A stretch of DNA of 37,527 bases from Octopus sinensis (GCF_006345805.1 NW_021835826.1:1-37527); one strand, 5' to 3'; shown: positions 10,880-22,005, numbered from the stretch's first letter. Translations and numbers: made by a program. The notes: generated by a model from the sequence alone, not told the origin.

Positions 10880-11160
10880 ATGTATTCTCAAATGTCTGAG
10901 TGCTGAAAGCGCAGTGGAATCAGAATATCTTCTTAGAATGTTCACTTTGAAGTGTTTTTCTTTTCAAATTTATATCCATTTGATGTAAAATGATCGCCAT
11001 GTTTCGTCGAAGTAATGTTATCGTGCCTGACATCATACCTATACTCGTTGAATCGTTTGCTTATTTTTCCCGTGGTGCAACCATCATAGATAAAGCTGTG
11101 TTTAGTGCATTCAGCTGCTGACATCAATTGGAAAATGTTACAGGATCGACCTGCACAAAT
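10880..11160 (-). pseudogene. Penelope-like GIY-YIG endonuclease relic
   Basis: Translation RSCNIFQLMSAAECTKHSFIYDGCTTGKISKRFNEYRYDVRHDNITSTKHGDHFTSNGYKFE matches the PLE pattern C..C...YIG.T.R.L..R..EH......S....H....H.F. After a frameshift it continues ILRRYSDSTALSALRHL. Confidence 0.75.
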
Positions 11161-11400
11161 TGAGGTGGTTTCGTGGCAAAGAATTCATCAAGGTATCTTT
11201 TTACGTCATCCAAGGTATTGAAATTTTTACCATTCTCAAGACTATTCTGCAGAGACGTGAATAAGTGGAAATCCGAAGGAGCAATATCTGGTGAATATGG
11301 AGGGTGGGGTAACACATCCCAGCCGGGCTGCAGCAATATTTTTCTGGTTCCCAAAGAATCAAGTGCCGAAAATGAATTTTCTGATTTGTGATGGAGCAGA
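11160..11400 (-). mobile_element. Internally deleted mariner fragment (copy 2)
   Basis: Translation GWDVLPHPPYSPDIAPSDFHLF (mariner YSPDLAP motif). N-terminal KIHFRHLILWE is fused through tttggga. Confidence 0.92.
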
Positions 11401-11532
11401 CCTGATTTACGATGTTGCACAATGAGCAGATCTTACCTACCTTGCCACTGCTTTTAGGAATGCAGCGCTGTGAAACTCCAATGTAGTGTCTTTTTATTAC
11501 TATTTGAGGTACTGGGAAACAGCTGTCTTATA

Positions 11533-12098
11533 TTGGGTTGTCCGGAAAGTTCATGCCGATTTATAGTAGCTTACGTTTTGACTTATTTCAGAACATGGTT
11601 GAGGCCATAAAATAGGATTTGACTACTCCTCCATTTAGAGCACAGTTTAAGCTATCTTTTCGTGGAAGAGGGTTTATGTTCCTATAACCTGTGTTAATTC
11701 TGTAACCCTTTAAAATGGAAGACAAGAAAGTTCATTTTCGGCGCTTGATGCTTTGGGAACCAGACAAAAATTGCTGCAGCTCGGCTGGGATGTATTACTC
11801 CACCCTCCATATTCACCAGATATTGCTCCTTCGGATTTCCACTTATTCAGGTCTCTGCAGAATAATCTTAATGGTAAAAATTTCAATTCGATGGATGACG
11901 TAAAAAGATACCTTGATAATTCTTTGCCACGAAACCACCTCAATTCTGGGAAGAGGGTAATTTCAAATTAAAGGAAAGATGGAGACGCATTGTGCAACAT
12001 AATGGTTCATATTTTATTGATTGAAAAGTGTAATGGCAAGTATTTATTGGCCTTTTTCTTTCCTATAAAATTCGGCACGAACTTTCCGGACAACTCAA
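11533..12098 (+). mobile_element. Non-autonomous mariner, 566 bp, complete TIRs and TA TSD
   Basis: TIRs ttgggttgtccggaaagttcatgccgattt and aaattcggcacgaactttccggacaactcaa; TA at 11531-32 and 12099-100. Encodes MEDKKVHFRRLMLWE fused to GWDVLLHPPYSPDIAPSDFHLFRSLQN. Confidence 0.95.
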
Positions 12099-12410
12099 TA
12101 CTTTTGTTGCGTGTAAAGACTACAAAATGAAGATGAGTTATTTGTTTGAAATATTTCTTCAAAATATGTGGGTACATTTCATGCAACACGTTTGAAGTGC
12201 CAGCGAAATTCAGGTGCCAGCTAATCACTAAAGGAATTCGGTCCCAAATTTTGTTTTAACCTCTACAATTAGGTGTGAAAATTTGGCATTTTTTGATATT
12301 TTAGCTTTGCCATTTGCGATTTCCTTTAATTATGGATCAATATAATCGAGTCTGGCGTAATGACTTTTAAAATCAATTGCATGTTTTTGTTAATCCCCTA
12401 TGTCTGTGTG

Positions 12411-12604
12411 ACTTCCTTCGGTCATGAATGACCATGGAATTGCACCTAGAAAGTTACCCTCCGAGGTACAAGTCTGGGCAAGGTTGTTTGTGGAAAGCCA
12501 GCAGTCGCCCACGCCACCAGCTTCCTCTCTCCATGCCACCAATGTTTATCCAAGGGAAAGGCAAAGGTCGATACAGCTTGGCACCAGTGACATCGCAGCT
12601 CATT
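12411..12604 (-). mobile_element. SINE family D, 3' half
   Basis: Matches the reverse complement of 31185-31370. Confidence 0.88.
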
Positions 12605-12925
12605 TATTAACGTGCAAGTGGCTGAGCACTCCACAGACACGTGCACCCCTAACGTAGTTCTCGGGGAGATTCAGCCTGACACAGAGTGTGACAAGGCTGG
12701 CCCCTTTGAAATACAGGTACAACAGAAACAGGAAGAAAGAGTGAGAGAAAGTTGTGGTGAGAGAGTACAGCAGGGTTCATTCACCACCACCCGCTGCCGG
12801 AGCCTCGTGGAGCTTTAGGTGTTTTCGCTCAATAAACACTCACAATGCCCGGTCTGGGAATCGAAACCGCGATCCTACGACCGCGCGTCCGCTGCCCTAA
12901 CCACTGGGCCATTGCGCCTCCACAC
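12605..12925 (-). mobile_element. SINE family B (tail B1), 3'-truncated
   Basis: Reverse complement of gtggaggcgcaatggcccagtggttagggcagcgg...; colinear with 32108-32420. Confidence 0.92.
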
Positions 12926-13044
12926 CTATGTCTGTACAGATATTCTAAAAGAACGAGGATTCGAGATTTGGTTTATATGTATGTTGTGGATGATCGGAGA
13001 GGCGATGAACATAAATGCGACATGAGCAGGTTTGCAAGATAACA

Positions 13045-13255
13045 CTGTATGCGACTTTCCGAAAACTTTTGTCTAAAACATCGACATTGGCATTGAAAAA
13101 TCGATGAGAGTTGTATGCCAAAAAGAAATTTTCCAGTTGCTGTTCGTTGATGACGTCTTTCTTGTCTGGAAAGGAACACAGGATGGTTTAATTAAGTTTT
13201 TTTTTCAAATGTTTGACAGCTTCACGCAAAACTATGGTTGAAAAGAAAACCTGAA
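13045..13255 (+). pseudogene. Penelope-like reverse transcriptase relic (catalytic DD motif)
   Basis: Frame from 13134 reads QLLFVDDVFLVWKGTQDGLIKFFFKCL, resembling the PLE RT motif W.RYVDD.F..W.......F...LN. Upstream YAT...ELY is in another frame. Confidence 0.6.
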
Positions 13256-13500
13256 ACCACATAAAAAAGCAACAAACGATGTATAGGTGTATATGTATGT
13301 ATGTATGCATGTATGTATGTATATGTGTGTATGAATGTATGTATGTATGTATGTATGTATGCATGTATGTATATGTGTGTAAGAATGTATGTATACATAT
13401 ATAGCCAGAGAGAAAAAGTGTGCATGTATGAATGGTGGTGAGTTTGTGAGTATATATATATATATATATGCGTACGTGCGAGCTTGTGTATATGTGTGCA

Positions 13501-13536
<36 letters not shown>

Positions 13537-13619
13537 CGCGCCCGCGTGCGTGTGTGTGTGTGTGTGTATGTGTGTGTGTGACGCAGTGCGTACATTACGT
13601 GGTGTGATATGCGTTGCAT

Positions 13620-13810
13620 GTTCTGGAATATATAAATATTTATAGTGAAATCAAATAAACGAAGAATAGGATTGACAATAACCAACAAGAAGAGAATGTG
13701 CAGAAGGATTGTATTAGTTTGACACTCAGGAAAGAAAGAGAGAAATTTTGCAGTTTCGAGCATAGCACTTTGTTGGAAAGGAGAAAAGAATTCACCAACA
13801 GCACGTATGT
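13620..13810 (-). mobile_element. PLE-like 3' end with decayed minimal HHR; same family as 15330-15565
   Basis: Minus strand tttCCAACAAagtgctatgctcGAAActgcaaaa aligns with tttCCGACGAagagctccgcccGAAAcgttaaa. Both are followed by ...ctttcctgag(t/c)gtc.aa.taatac. Confidence 0.6.
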
Positions 13811-13929
13811 AATATATATATATATATACATTATATGTTATATATTATATATACATAGTATATATATACATATATATATGTATATGCATAGGTAAATATA
13901 CATACATACATATATATATGTATATGTGT

Positions 13930-13945
13930 AGATAGTTAGATAGAC

Positions 13946-14040
<95 letters not shown>
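13930..14040. repeat. (GATA)n microsatellite
   Basis: Directly visible. Confidence 0.95.
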
Positions 14041-14042
<2 letters not shown>

Positions 14043-14193
14043 TCTCTGTCATTATATGTGTCTATAATGTTAAACGTTAAAATGTTAGATACTTATCTAA
14101 TTCTATTTGTATCACGATGATAACATATCAAACAATGTAATACATAAAGATTTAAAGGAATAAAAATCATTATAAAAAATAGGTATAAAAAGT

Positions 14194-14285
14194 GCCTACA
14201 CGTGTTTCGGATCATTAGAATTCGAATCATGTTAAGAGTTAGACATGCAAAAGAACCCCACAGTATGACCGGATTTCATCAGGGC
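14194..14285 (-). ncRNA. Candidate type I hammerhead ribozyme within a PLE-like 3' end (14040-14300)
   Basis: Minus strand gcc-CTGATGA-aatcc-ggtcat...atgatcc-GAAA-CACGTG-T-A-ggc: intact core, 3-bp stem I and palindromic stem III. There is an atypical 5-nt insert before stem II. Confidence 0.55.
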
Positions 14286-14459
14286 TGTGTTTTTTCAAAA
14301 GACGAATGCTTACATAATGGTAGTAAATAATGAACTAAATAAGATGGATGAGGACTATATTTTCAAATATCCGAATAACGTAAACAATAAATAATTTCAG
14401 CAAAACTATAGAATTTTGTCTGCAACGGTTGGATGCTAACTTAACCGTGGTATGACCAG

Positions 14460-14686
14460 GCGAGCTGGCAGAAACGTTAGCACGCCGGGCGAAATGCTTA
14501 GCGGTATTTCGTCTGCCGTTACGTTGTGAGTTCAAATTCCGCCGAGGTCGACTTTGCCTTTCATCCTTTCGGGGTCGATAAATTAAGTACCAGTTACGCA
14601 CTGGGGTCGATGTAATCGACTTAATACCTATGTCTGTCCTTGTTTGTCTTCTCTGTGTTTAGCCCCTTGTGGGTAATTAAGAAATA
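14460..14686 (+). mobile_element. SINE family A with 11-bp TSD
   Basis: TSD ggtatgaccag at 14449-14459 and 14687-14697. Confidence 0.93.
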
Positions 14687-15329
14687 GGTATGACCAGCAT
14701 CTTTCCTCATGCCTCTTGGAACTTATACCCACATCTTTATGAGTAAATTTATCTTCTCTGGGATGTTAATAATCATTTTAAAAACTTTGTATTGTTGGAA
14801 AACATATATAGTCTGCTTGGAGTCTTACTTCAGATTCATGGAACTCACTCCTATATCTTTATAAGGATATTTACACTCTCTAAGATATTTGGAAAACCTA
14901 TATGTGATTTAGCTGATGAATATTTGACATTATATTTGTTGTAATATTTGCAGCTTGAAATAAAATGTTTATAGTATGAAACAATTGTACTAATCTACCG
15001 ATCCATTCTTGTTGCTTTTTTCCTGGTAAACAATAAATAGTTAGGAAAGATAGGACGGTGAGGTAGCGGCACGGAGAGATATTGTCTAATGAAACCTTAC
15101 TAAAATACTATGATGTTATAGGTGTTAAGGGTCATAAAATAATCATTTAAGTAGAATATAAGTTTTTATGGGTAGTAAAGAAAATTGAGACATGAAACAA
15201 ATAAGGGTACAGAGAGGAACGGATTTTTCAGAGGGAAAAGAATAACAAAATGGGGCTAAAGTGGGAATAAAAATGGAAATAATTATAAATGATTTGGGAT
15301 TTAAAATATTAAGAAATAAAAGTTGGCTA

Positions 15330-15565
15330 CCCATTTCCTTCCGGTCTTTAAAAATGTGACCTGTGTGTGACCGTTGGCGATTTTTTTCCTCTGTCTTCCC
15401 TTCTCTGGATATTTCCTTCTCCTATGTTTCCGACGAAGAGCTCCGCCCGAAACGTTAAACCCTCCTTCTTTTCTTCTTTCCTGAGCGTCCAATAATACTT
15501 TCTTTGTTCCACGTCCTCGCGTTGCTGTGTTTTTTTGTGCTTTCTTGTTTGGATTAACTTTATAA
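15330..15565 (+). mobile_element. PLE-like 3' end with minimal (dimer-type) HHR motif at 15426-15460
   Basis: gttt-CCGACGA-a-gagc tcc gccc-GAAA-CG-T-T-aaac. Stem I gttt/aaac and ACGT palindromic stem III; U4>C and a stem II mismatch indicate decay. Confidence 0.65.
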
Positions 15566-15616
15566 TATTTTAAAGTTATAGTTAAGGGGGAAATGTTATT
15601 CCATATTGTATACTAA

Positions 15617-16016
15617 ACTAGCAGTGTCGCCCGGCGTTGCTCGGGTTTGTAAGCGAAATAACTATATAAGCATTTTTAGAGAGTTATAGCCAAAAAAATA
15701 GCAAAACAATGCATTAAAAATGGGGAAAAAATGATGGTAATTTTTTTTTTAAATCGTTGACTCATCGTAGACATTTTTAGAGAGTTACTTCCCTTATATA
15801 ATAGCGAAAAAATGCATTAAAATGGAAAAAAATGATGGTAATTTCTTTTTAAATCGTAGACTCATCGTAGACGCGCGCTAATACCCAGAAGGGCTCGATA
15901 TGAATCACGACAATAAGATACCCGGTTTTGGTTAAACTGCACCGCAAAATGTGGGAGTAGTTAGGAATCTAAATCGTAGGAGACAGACACACAACTTCAC
16001 TTTTATATATAAAGAT
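15617..16016 (+). mobile_element. Non-autonomous Helitron/Helentron-like element with ~101-bp internal tandem duplication
   Basis: 5' actagc followed by hairpin cccggcgttgctcggg (15630-15645); 3' end acagacacaca...ttttatatataaagat. Duplicated blocks start at 15671 and 15772. Classification is by recalled end architecture only. Confidence 0.6.
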
Positions 16017-16366
16017 TAGTAATTCGGAATTTTTCACTCATAAACAGATTTATACCTTCACTAGTTAGAGGAGTAATTTCGTTATGTTGTTTGGTGAACT
16101 TAATCCGTCGCCTGGACCTATAGTGCATTTAGTCGAATTAACTCGGTTGTGACTATTCGGTTCGAGTCTACATTCTTAAGATAATATCCAGTTTCTCTCA
16201 CTTTTCTCGAAGACCCTGAATACAAAAAAAATCGATAAATAAGGTGAGTGTCGACCGGAATCATACTTTTCCTTTCTAAGCCATAAAATCCCCTTTTGGT
16301 CATTTTTAGCAGACAAAGGCAACGACAAGACCACCGAAAATAACAACAATATCAATATCAATTATA

Positions 16367-16779
16367 GGCGCAGGAGTGGCTGTGTGGTAAGTAGCTTGCT
16401 CACCAACCACATGGTTCCGGGTTCATTTCCACTGCGTGGCACATAGGGCAAGTGTCTTCATCTATAGCCTCGGGCCGACCAAAGCCTTGTGAGTGGATTT
16501 GGTAGACGGAAACTGAAAGAAGCCCGTCGTATATATATGTGTATGTGTGTGTATATGTTTGTGTGTTTGTGTTTGTCCCCCCAAAATCGCTTGACAACCG
16601 ATGCTGGTGTGTTTACGTCCCCGTAACTTAGCGGTTCGGCGAAAGAGACCGATAGAATAGAATAAGTACTAGGCTTACAAAGAATAAGTCCCGGGGTCGA
16701 TTTGTTCGACTAAAGGCGGTGCTCCAGCATGGCTGCAGTCAAATGACTGAAACAAGTAAAAGAGTAAAAGAGTAAAGAG
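16367..16779 (+). mobile_element. SINE family C, full length (internal microsatellite, AAAAGAGT tail)
   Basis: Head ggcgcaggagtggctgtgtggtaag...gggttca and tail gactgaaacaagtaaaagagt. Confidence 0.93.
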
Positions 16780-16809
16780 AAACAACAACAGACGCAAAGT
16801 AGATAAATA

Positions 16810-17225
16810 CTCTTTACTCTTTTACTCTTTTACTTGTTTCAGTCATTTGACTGCGGCAATGCTGGAGCACCGCCTTTAGTCCAGCAAATCGACCCCGGGA
16901 CTTATTCTTTGTAAGCCCAGTACATATTCTATCAGTCTCTTTTGCCGAACCGCTATGTGACGGGGACGTAAACACACCAGCATCGGTTGTCAAGCAATGC
17001 TAGGGGGACAAACACAGACACACAAACACACACACACATACATATATATATATACATATATACGACAGGCTTCTTTCAGTTTCCGTCTACCAAATCCACT
17101 CACAAGGCATTGGTCGGCCCGGGGCTATAGCAGAAGACACTTGCCCAAGATGCCACGCAGTGGGACTGAACCCAGAACCATGTGGCTGGTTAGCAAGCTA
17201 CTTACCACACAGACACTCCTGCGCC
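16810..17225 (-). mobile_element. SINE family C, full length, tail-to-tail with the previous copy
   Basis: Reverse complement of the same consensus with a 30-bp spacer. Confidence 0.93.
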
Positions 17226-17709
17226 TACTGTGGAAGCTGGAAAGAGAAAACACGTTTGCTTTCAATGTATTGTTGTGCCAAAACAGAGTTGGGAAGATCT
17301 AAGTTTTAAGAAGGAAGATTAAACTGTAATCTTCCAGAAACACAATATTGTGTAAAAGAAACGATAAGAGAGTTGCTGAAATATAAAAATGATTGAAGGT
17401 CAAAGTTATAAGCGAGTTTGCAAATTACAACAAAAGCTTTCACCAGTAAAATAAGCATTACTAAGCACAGCGTACACACGTACACTCCACATACACAGAC
17501 ACATACGCATATACATATTATGTATTACGTAATTTTCAATGCAATAGTACTTCAGTTCACGACACGGATATTACGGACAGTGAATTGTATGAAATAGAAA
17601 ACAAAAACTGAACCAGATCAATGTCGTACCCGTGGTACACAAATCTATTAATATATATATATATAGTCTTGCTGTGAAATAGAACAATTGAATATAGAGC
17701 TACAAAAGA

Positions 17710-17764
<55 letters not shown>

Positions 17765-17777
17765 GTTGCTGCTGCTG

Positions 17778-17809
<32 letters not shown>

Positions 17810-17841
17810 TACTACTACTACTACTTACTACTACTGCTACT

Positions 17842-17873
<32 letters not shown>

Positions 17874-17902
17874 ACAATAATAATAATAATAATAATATAA
17901 TG

Positions 17903-17936
<34 letters not shown>

Positions 17937-17968
17937 TAATAATGATAATAATGATAATAATAATAATA
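17710..17968. repeat. (CTA)n-(TAA)n compound microsatellite
   Basis: Directly visible. Confidence 0.95.
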
Positions 17969-18256
17969 GGGGATTCTTTGGAGTTTGAATAATTCACCAC
18001 TGTAAACATGGGTGTTTCGTTCAACATCCTTAAACAACCCTTATTCAAGGACCTTTTGTGCAGGATGGGTTACTCGACCAGAAGAGTCATGTGCTGTTTA
18101 TCTTGATATGAGATCACTATGTCGCGCACATATGGTTGTGATGCATGTGCCTAGTGTACCCTTATCAGACGGGTAGTCATGATGGGTATATTGGGCTTCG
18201 TATAATTTACCCCAGTGTCACTTTGATGGCATGCTCTGCTCTCTCACTTAATCATG

Positions 18257-18257
<1 letters not shown>
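17969..18257 (+). mobile_element. Retroposon 3' end embedded in (TAA)n
   Basis: Complex sequence flanked on both sides by (TAA)n, ending ctctctcacttaat(aat)n. Family not identified. Confidence 0.45.
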
Positions 18258-18323
<66 letters not shown>

Positions 18324-18343
18324 TAATAATAATAATAATAATA

Positions 18344-18556
18344 AATCCTACATGAGATATTGTCTATGTAATCTCAAATTTTAAAATAATTTTCTTATGG
18401 TTTCTTAAACATTCTCTAGAACAACACTGTGTACAAACCCAAATATACGGCACCCTAAGCATAACACCAACATGAACATCTAACTTGTCTCTTGAGGTCT
18501 CTGGCTGAGACTTGGAGCGAACTTACACAAATGCAATGCAAAAGTCAAACATAAAA
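18344..18556 (+). mobile_element. 5'-truncated R4/Dong-like LINE 3' end in (TAA)n
   Basis: atc cta cat gag ata ttg tct atg taa = ILHEILSM*, resembling the R4-clade C-terminus (AHILRKVLS*). It is followed by a UTR and a (TAA)n tail; Dong-type elements are known TAA targeters. Confidence 0.5.
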
Positions 18557-18598
18557 TAATAATAACAGTAATAATCATGATAATAATAACAATAATAA

Positions 18599-18643
<45 letters not shown>

Positions 18644-18691
18644 TGATGATGATAATAATAATAATAATAATAATAATTATTATTATTATTA

Positions 18692-18735
<44 letters not shown>

Positions 18736-19268
18736 GCCCCCAATATGGTTTCCCACTGCCAACAGTGACAAATTGTGTGAGTATACACGCAATTTCTATT
18801 AAAATCGAGGGGAAGACAAAGCCATTATGCAGTCTATGATAATATGAATTTTATATAACCTATACACAAAAAAAATAGATAATTAGACAAAACACGATTT
18901 TTCAAACAAAATATGTAATTTAAATAACATAAATATTTAGAGTAACTTATCCACTCAGGCCCGATATGTCTATAGTAACGAAATTGAAGAAGGAATAATG
19001 AATACTCAACACCGGGAAGGTGGATAAGCCATTCAGTTTAATAGTAATTATTTCACTTTCTGGCACCCAATGGTTTCATGCCGACGAACATTAGCAATTC
19101 AAATTGCAAATGAAATTACGCTATTATCCTAATAACTGGGTATTATTTTAAAATTGGATTTTGATTGAAAAATCGTTGATTTTTGCTATTATAAAACCAC
19201 ATGTTTCAGAAAGTTATGATAAAGTGTTAAAAAGGATATATAAGTGTACATACATACATACATACATA

Positions 19269-20116
19269 CATATACAATCACACATGCACGGGCTCCCTAT
19301 ACACATGCACATAGATATGTAGGTGTGGTTGTATTTACGCATATATGAATAAAATTCCATCATTAGGTAAGACAAGCTGACTGAATCAGCTTCGCTGACT
19401 GACAGGTGACGGTCGTTTAGAAAAAGCGCGTGCTAAAACTACGCGCCTTCACTAGTCAGGTAAGGTGAGACAGTGTCACGTGACAACTTGCTGGAGCTGC
19501 CTGCCGGAGCCTATGCGGCAGGTATTTAAAGGGAGAAATTTGACAAGACAGTCAGTCACCGGCTGACACTCGCTGACGATACATCGAAGAGGCGAGGGAA
19601 CAGAAGTAAAAAGACCTGCACCCAACACCAGAGCTGAAGACACCTCCGAAAGGGGAGGCCCCGCCACGTCAAAACGGTAGAGGAGTAGGGGCCGAAACCG
19701 GACGTGGTTCCTCCTGATGATGTCTTGAGCTAACTGGATCCTATAAAGGAGCTGTTGTGGTAGCAGACCACGAGACACGGTTGTAATTCCTCCATTCATA
19801 TACAACCACACACGCACGCGCTCCCCATACACATGCACATAGATATGTAAGTCTGGTTGTATTTACGCATATATGAATAAAATTCCATGGTAGTCTACAT
19901 CAGCGATTCCCATCCGTTTTTGCTGCAGGAATCGGTTTTTATGCGAGACAATTTTGCCATAGAGCAGTGAATCACGCGAATAACAAAACGCAATAAAGTG
20001 CAAACAGCTAAATTAGACCTGTTTATAAAGGTATTATATAGGGTAAATGTAATTTAATTATTACAAATATAATGCAAATGTAACTATTGATCGTATTGGG
20101 CGTACTTTATTTCAAC

Positions 20117-20179
<63 letters not shown>

Positions 20180-20937
20180 GGCGCAGGAGTGGCTATGTGG
20201 TAAGTAGCTTGCTTACAAACCACATGGTCATGGGTTCAGCCCCACTACGTGGCATCTTGGGGAAGTGTCTTCTACTATAGCCAGGTCTAATTTAGCTGTT
20301 TGCACTTTATTGCGTTTTGTTATTCGCGTGATTCACTGCTCTATGGCAAAATTGTCTCACATAAAAACCGATTCCTGCAGCAAAAACGGATGGGAATCGC
20401 TGATGTAGACTACCATGGAATTTTATTCATATATGCGTAAATACAACCACACCTACATATCTATGTGCATGTGTATGGGGAGCGCGTGCGTGTGTGGTTG
20501 TATATGTATGGAGGAATTACAACCGTGTTTCGTGGTCTGCTACCACAACAGCTCATTTATAGGATCCAGTTAGCTCAAGACATCATTAGGAGGAACCACG
20601 TCCGGTTTCGGACCCTACTCCTCCTACCGTTTTGACGTAGCGGGGCCCCCTTTTCGGAGGTGTCTTCAGCTCTGGCGTTGGGTGCATGTCTTCTTCTGTT
20701 GCCTCGCCTCTTCGATGTATCGTCAGCGAGTGTCAGCCGGTGACTGACTGTCTTGTCAAATTTCTTCCTTTAAATACCTGTCGCATAGGCTCCGGCAGGC
20801 AGCCCCAGCAAGTTGTCACGTGACACTGACTCACCTTAACTGACTAGTGAAGGCGCGTAGTTTTAGCCCGCGCTTTTTCTAAACGACCGTCACCTGTCAG
20901 TCTACGAAGCTGATTCAGTCAGCTTGTCTCACTTAAT
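19269..20937. mobile_element. LTR/pLTR-like repeat present as ~660-bp inverted pair (19362-20021 and 20282-20937) with 92-bp direct repeat (19269-19360, 19797-19888)
   Basis: Arms align end to end with scattered substitutions. TATA-like tatttaaag at 19523; the spacer contains (TA)n and a SINE head. Confidence 0.85.
20180..20282 (+). mobile_element. SINE family C 5' fragment fused to the inverted arm
   Basis: ggcgcaggagtggctatgtggtaag...ctactatagcc then caggtctaatt (start of the inverted arm). Confidence 0.85.
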
Positions 20938-21319
20938 AGATATCTCTGTCATTATACGTATCTATAATGTTAAACGTTAAAACCTGAATCAGCAGCAAGC
21001 ATTCATTGCCAGAAACATATTTAGATGCCTTGGCATTTTATTATATAATTCCAACAATTTAACTCACAATAAAGCATTATTCATCCTTCCTTCAATCTTG
21101 TTTGTCCACTAGGTGGAGCAATGGGGTTAGAGTCCTCAGGCATCTCCTCCATAGGGTTTAACATGGGCAATCGTCATAGGACTTTTCTGGCTGGATTCCT
21201 AGATTTCTTCTACAAAACGTACAAGGCGGGGGGGGGGCATCACCATGGCCACAGACCCTTCGATTCTTTATCCCGGCATGGCCGCAGTCCAATGACTGAA
21301 ACAAGTAAACGGTAAAAGA

Positions 21320-21760
21320 TAAATGATCAGAAGAAGAAGAAGAGGTCGAAGTGGAGGAGGAACAGTTGGAGGAGGCGGAAAAGAGGGAGATGATGCGGGA
21401 AACGTCGAGGAGAAGGAGGAGGAGGAAGAAGAAGAGGACGAGGAGGAGGAAGGGGAGGAGGGGAAGGTGGCGGAAGAAGTGGAGGGGGAGAAGGCGGGGT
21501 GGGGGCGGAAGAAGGGAGGAGAAGGAGAATGAGGAGGAAGAGGGGAAGGGGGAAGAGAAAGAGGTGGAAGAGGAGGGGAAGGAGGCGGAAGAAGAGGAGG
21601 TAGAAGTGGAGGAAGAGGTGGAAGGGGGAAGGGGAGGAGGAAGTAAAGGAGGGGCAGAAGCAGAATAGCAGGAGGTGAAGGCGAGCGGGAGGGAAAGGAG
21701 AAGGAGGTGATAGTGGAGGAAGAGAAAGAAGACAGAGAAAGGAAAAAAAAAACAGACGAG
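21320..21760. repeat. Polypurine (GAG/GAA/GGA) low-complexity tract
   Basis: Directly visible. Confidence 0.9.
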
Positions 21761-22005
21761 TGAAAAATGTGTATATGAGGAAAAACGATATTTCAGACAT
21801 TTTATACAAAGGAGAGAGAGACCGCTGTCAACGACCCTGATTCCATTGACCCAGCGGTTTTCTAGGTAAAAGACAGGTGTGTTTAATTGGGTGTGAAGAT
21901 TTCGTGTGTTTGCATACTTTCTAGTGATTGTTTACTTCGATTGAAACCAAATGAAGAGAAGGCTGTTTTGAGTCACCTGATACATCCGTCCCTATACATC
22001 CGTGT

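Noticed and set aside
14700-15030. GIY-YIG relic upstream of the 14.2-kb HHR (minus strand, ...ECKYPYKDIGVSSMNLK...)
   Set aside because: Only faint motif resemblance across several frames with many stops. It would need tblastn or HMM support.
19570-19725. Hammerhead in the LTR-like unit (CTGACGA, CTGAAGA, CTGATGA and two GAAA motifs)
   Set aside because: No combination gave stem I, a closing stem II pair and a U16.1/H17 site together.
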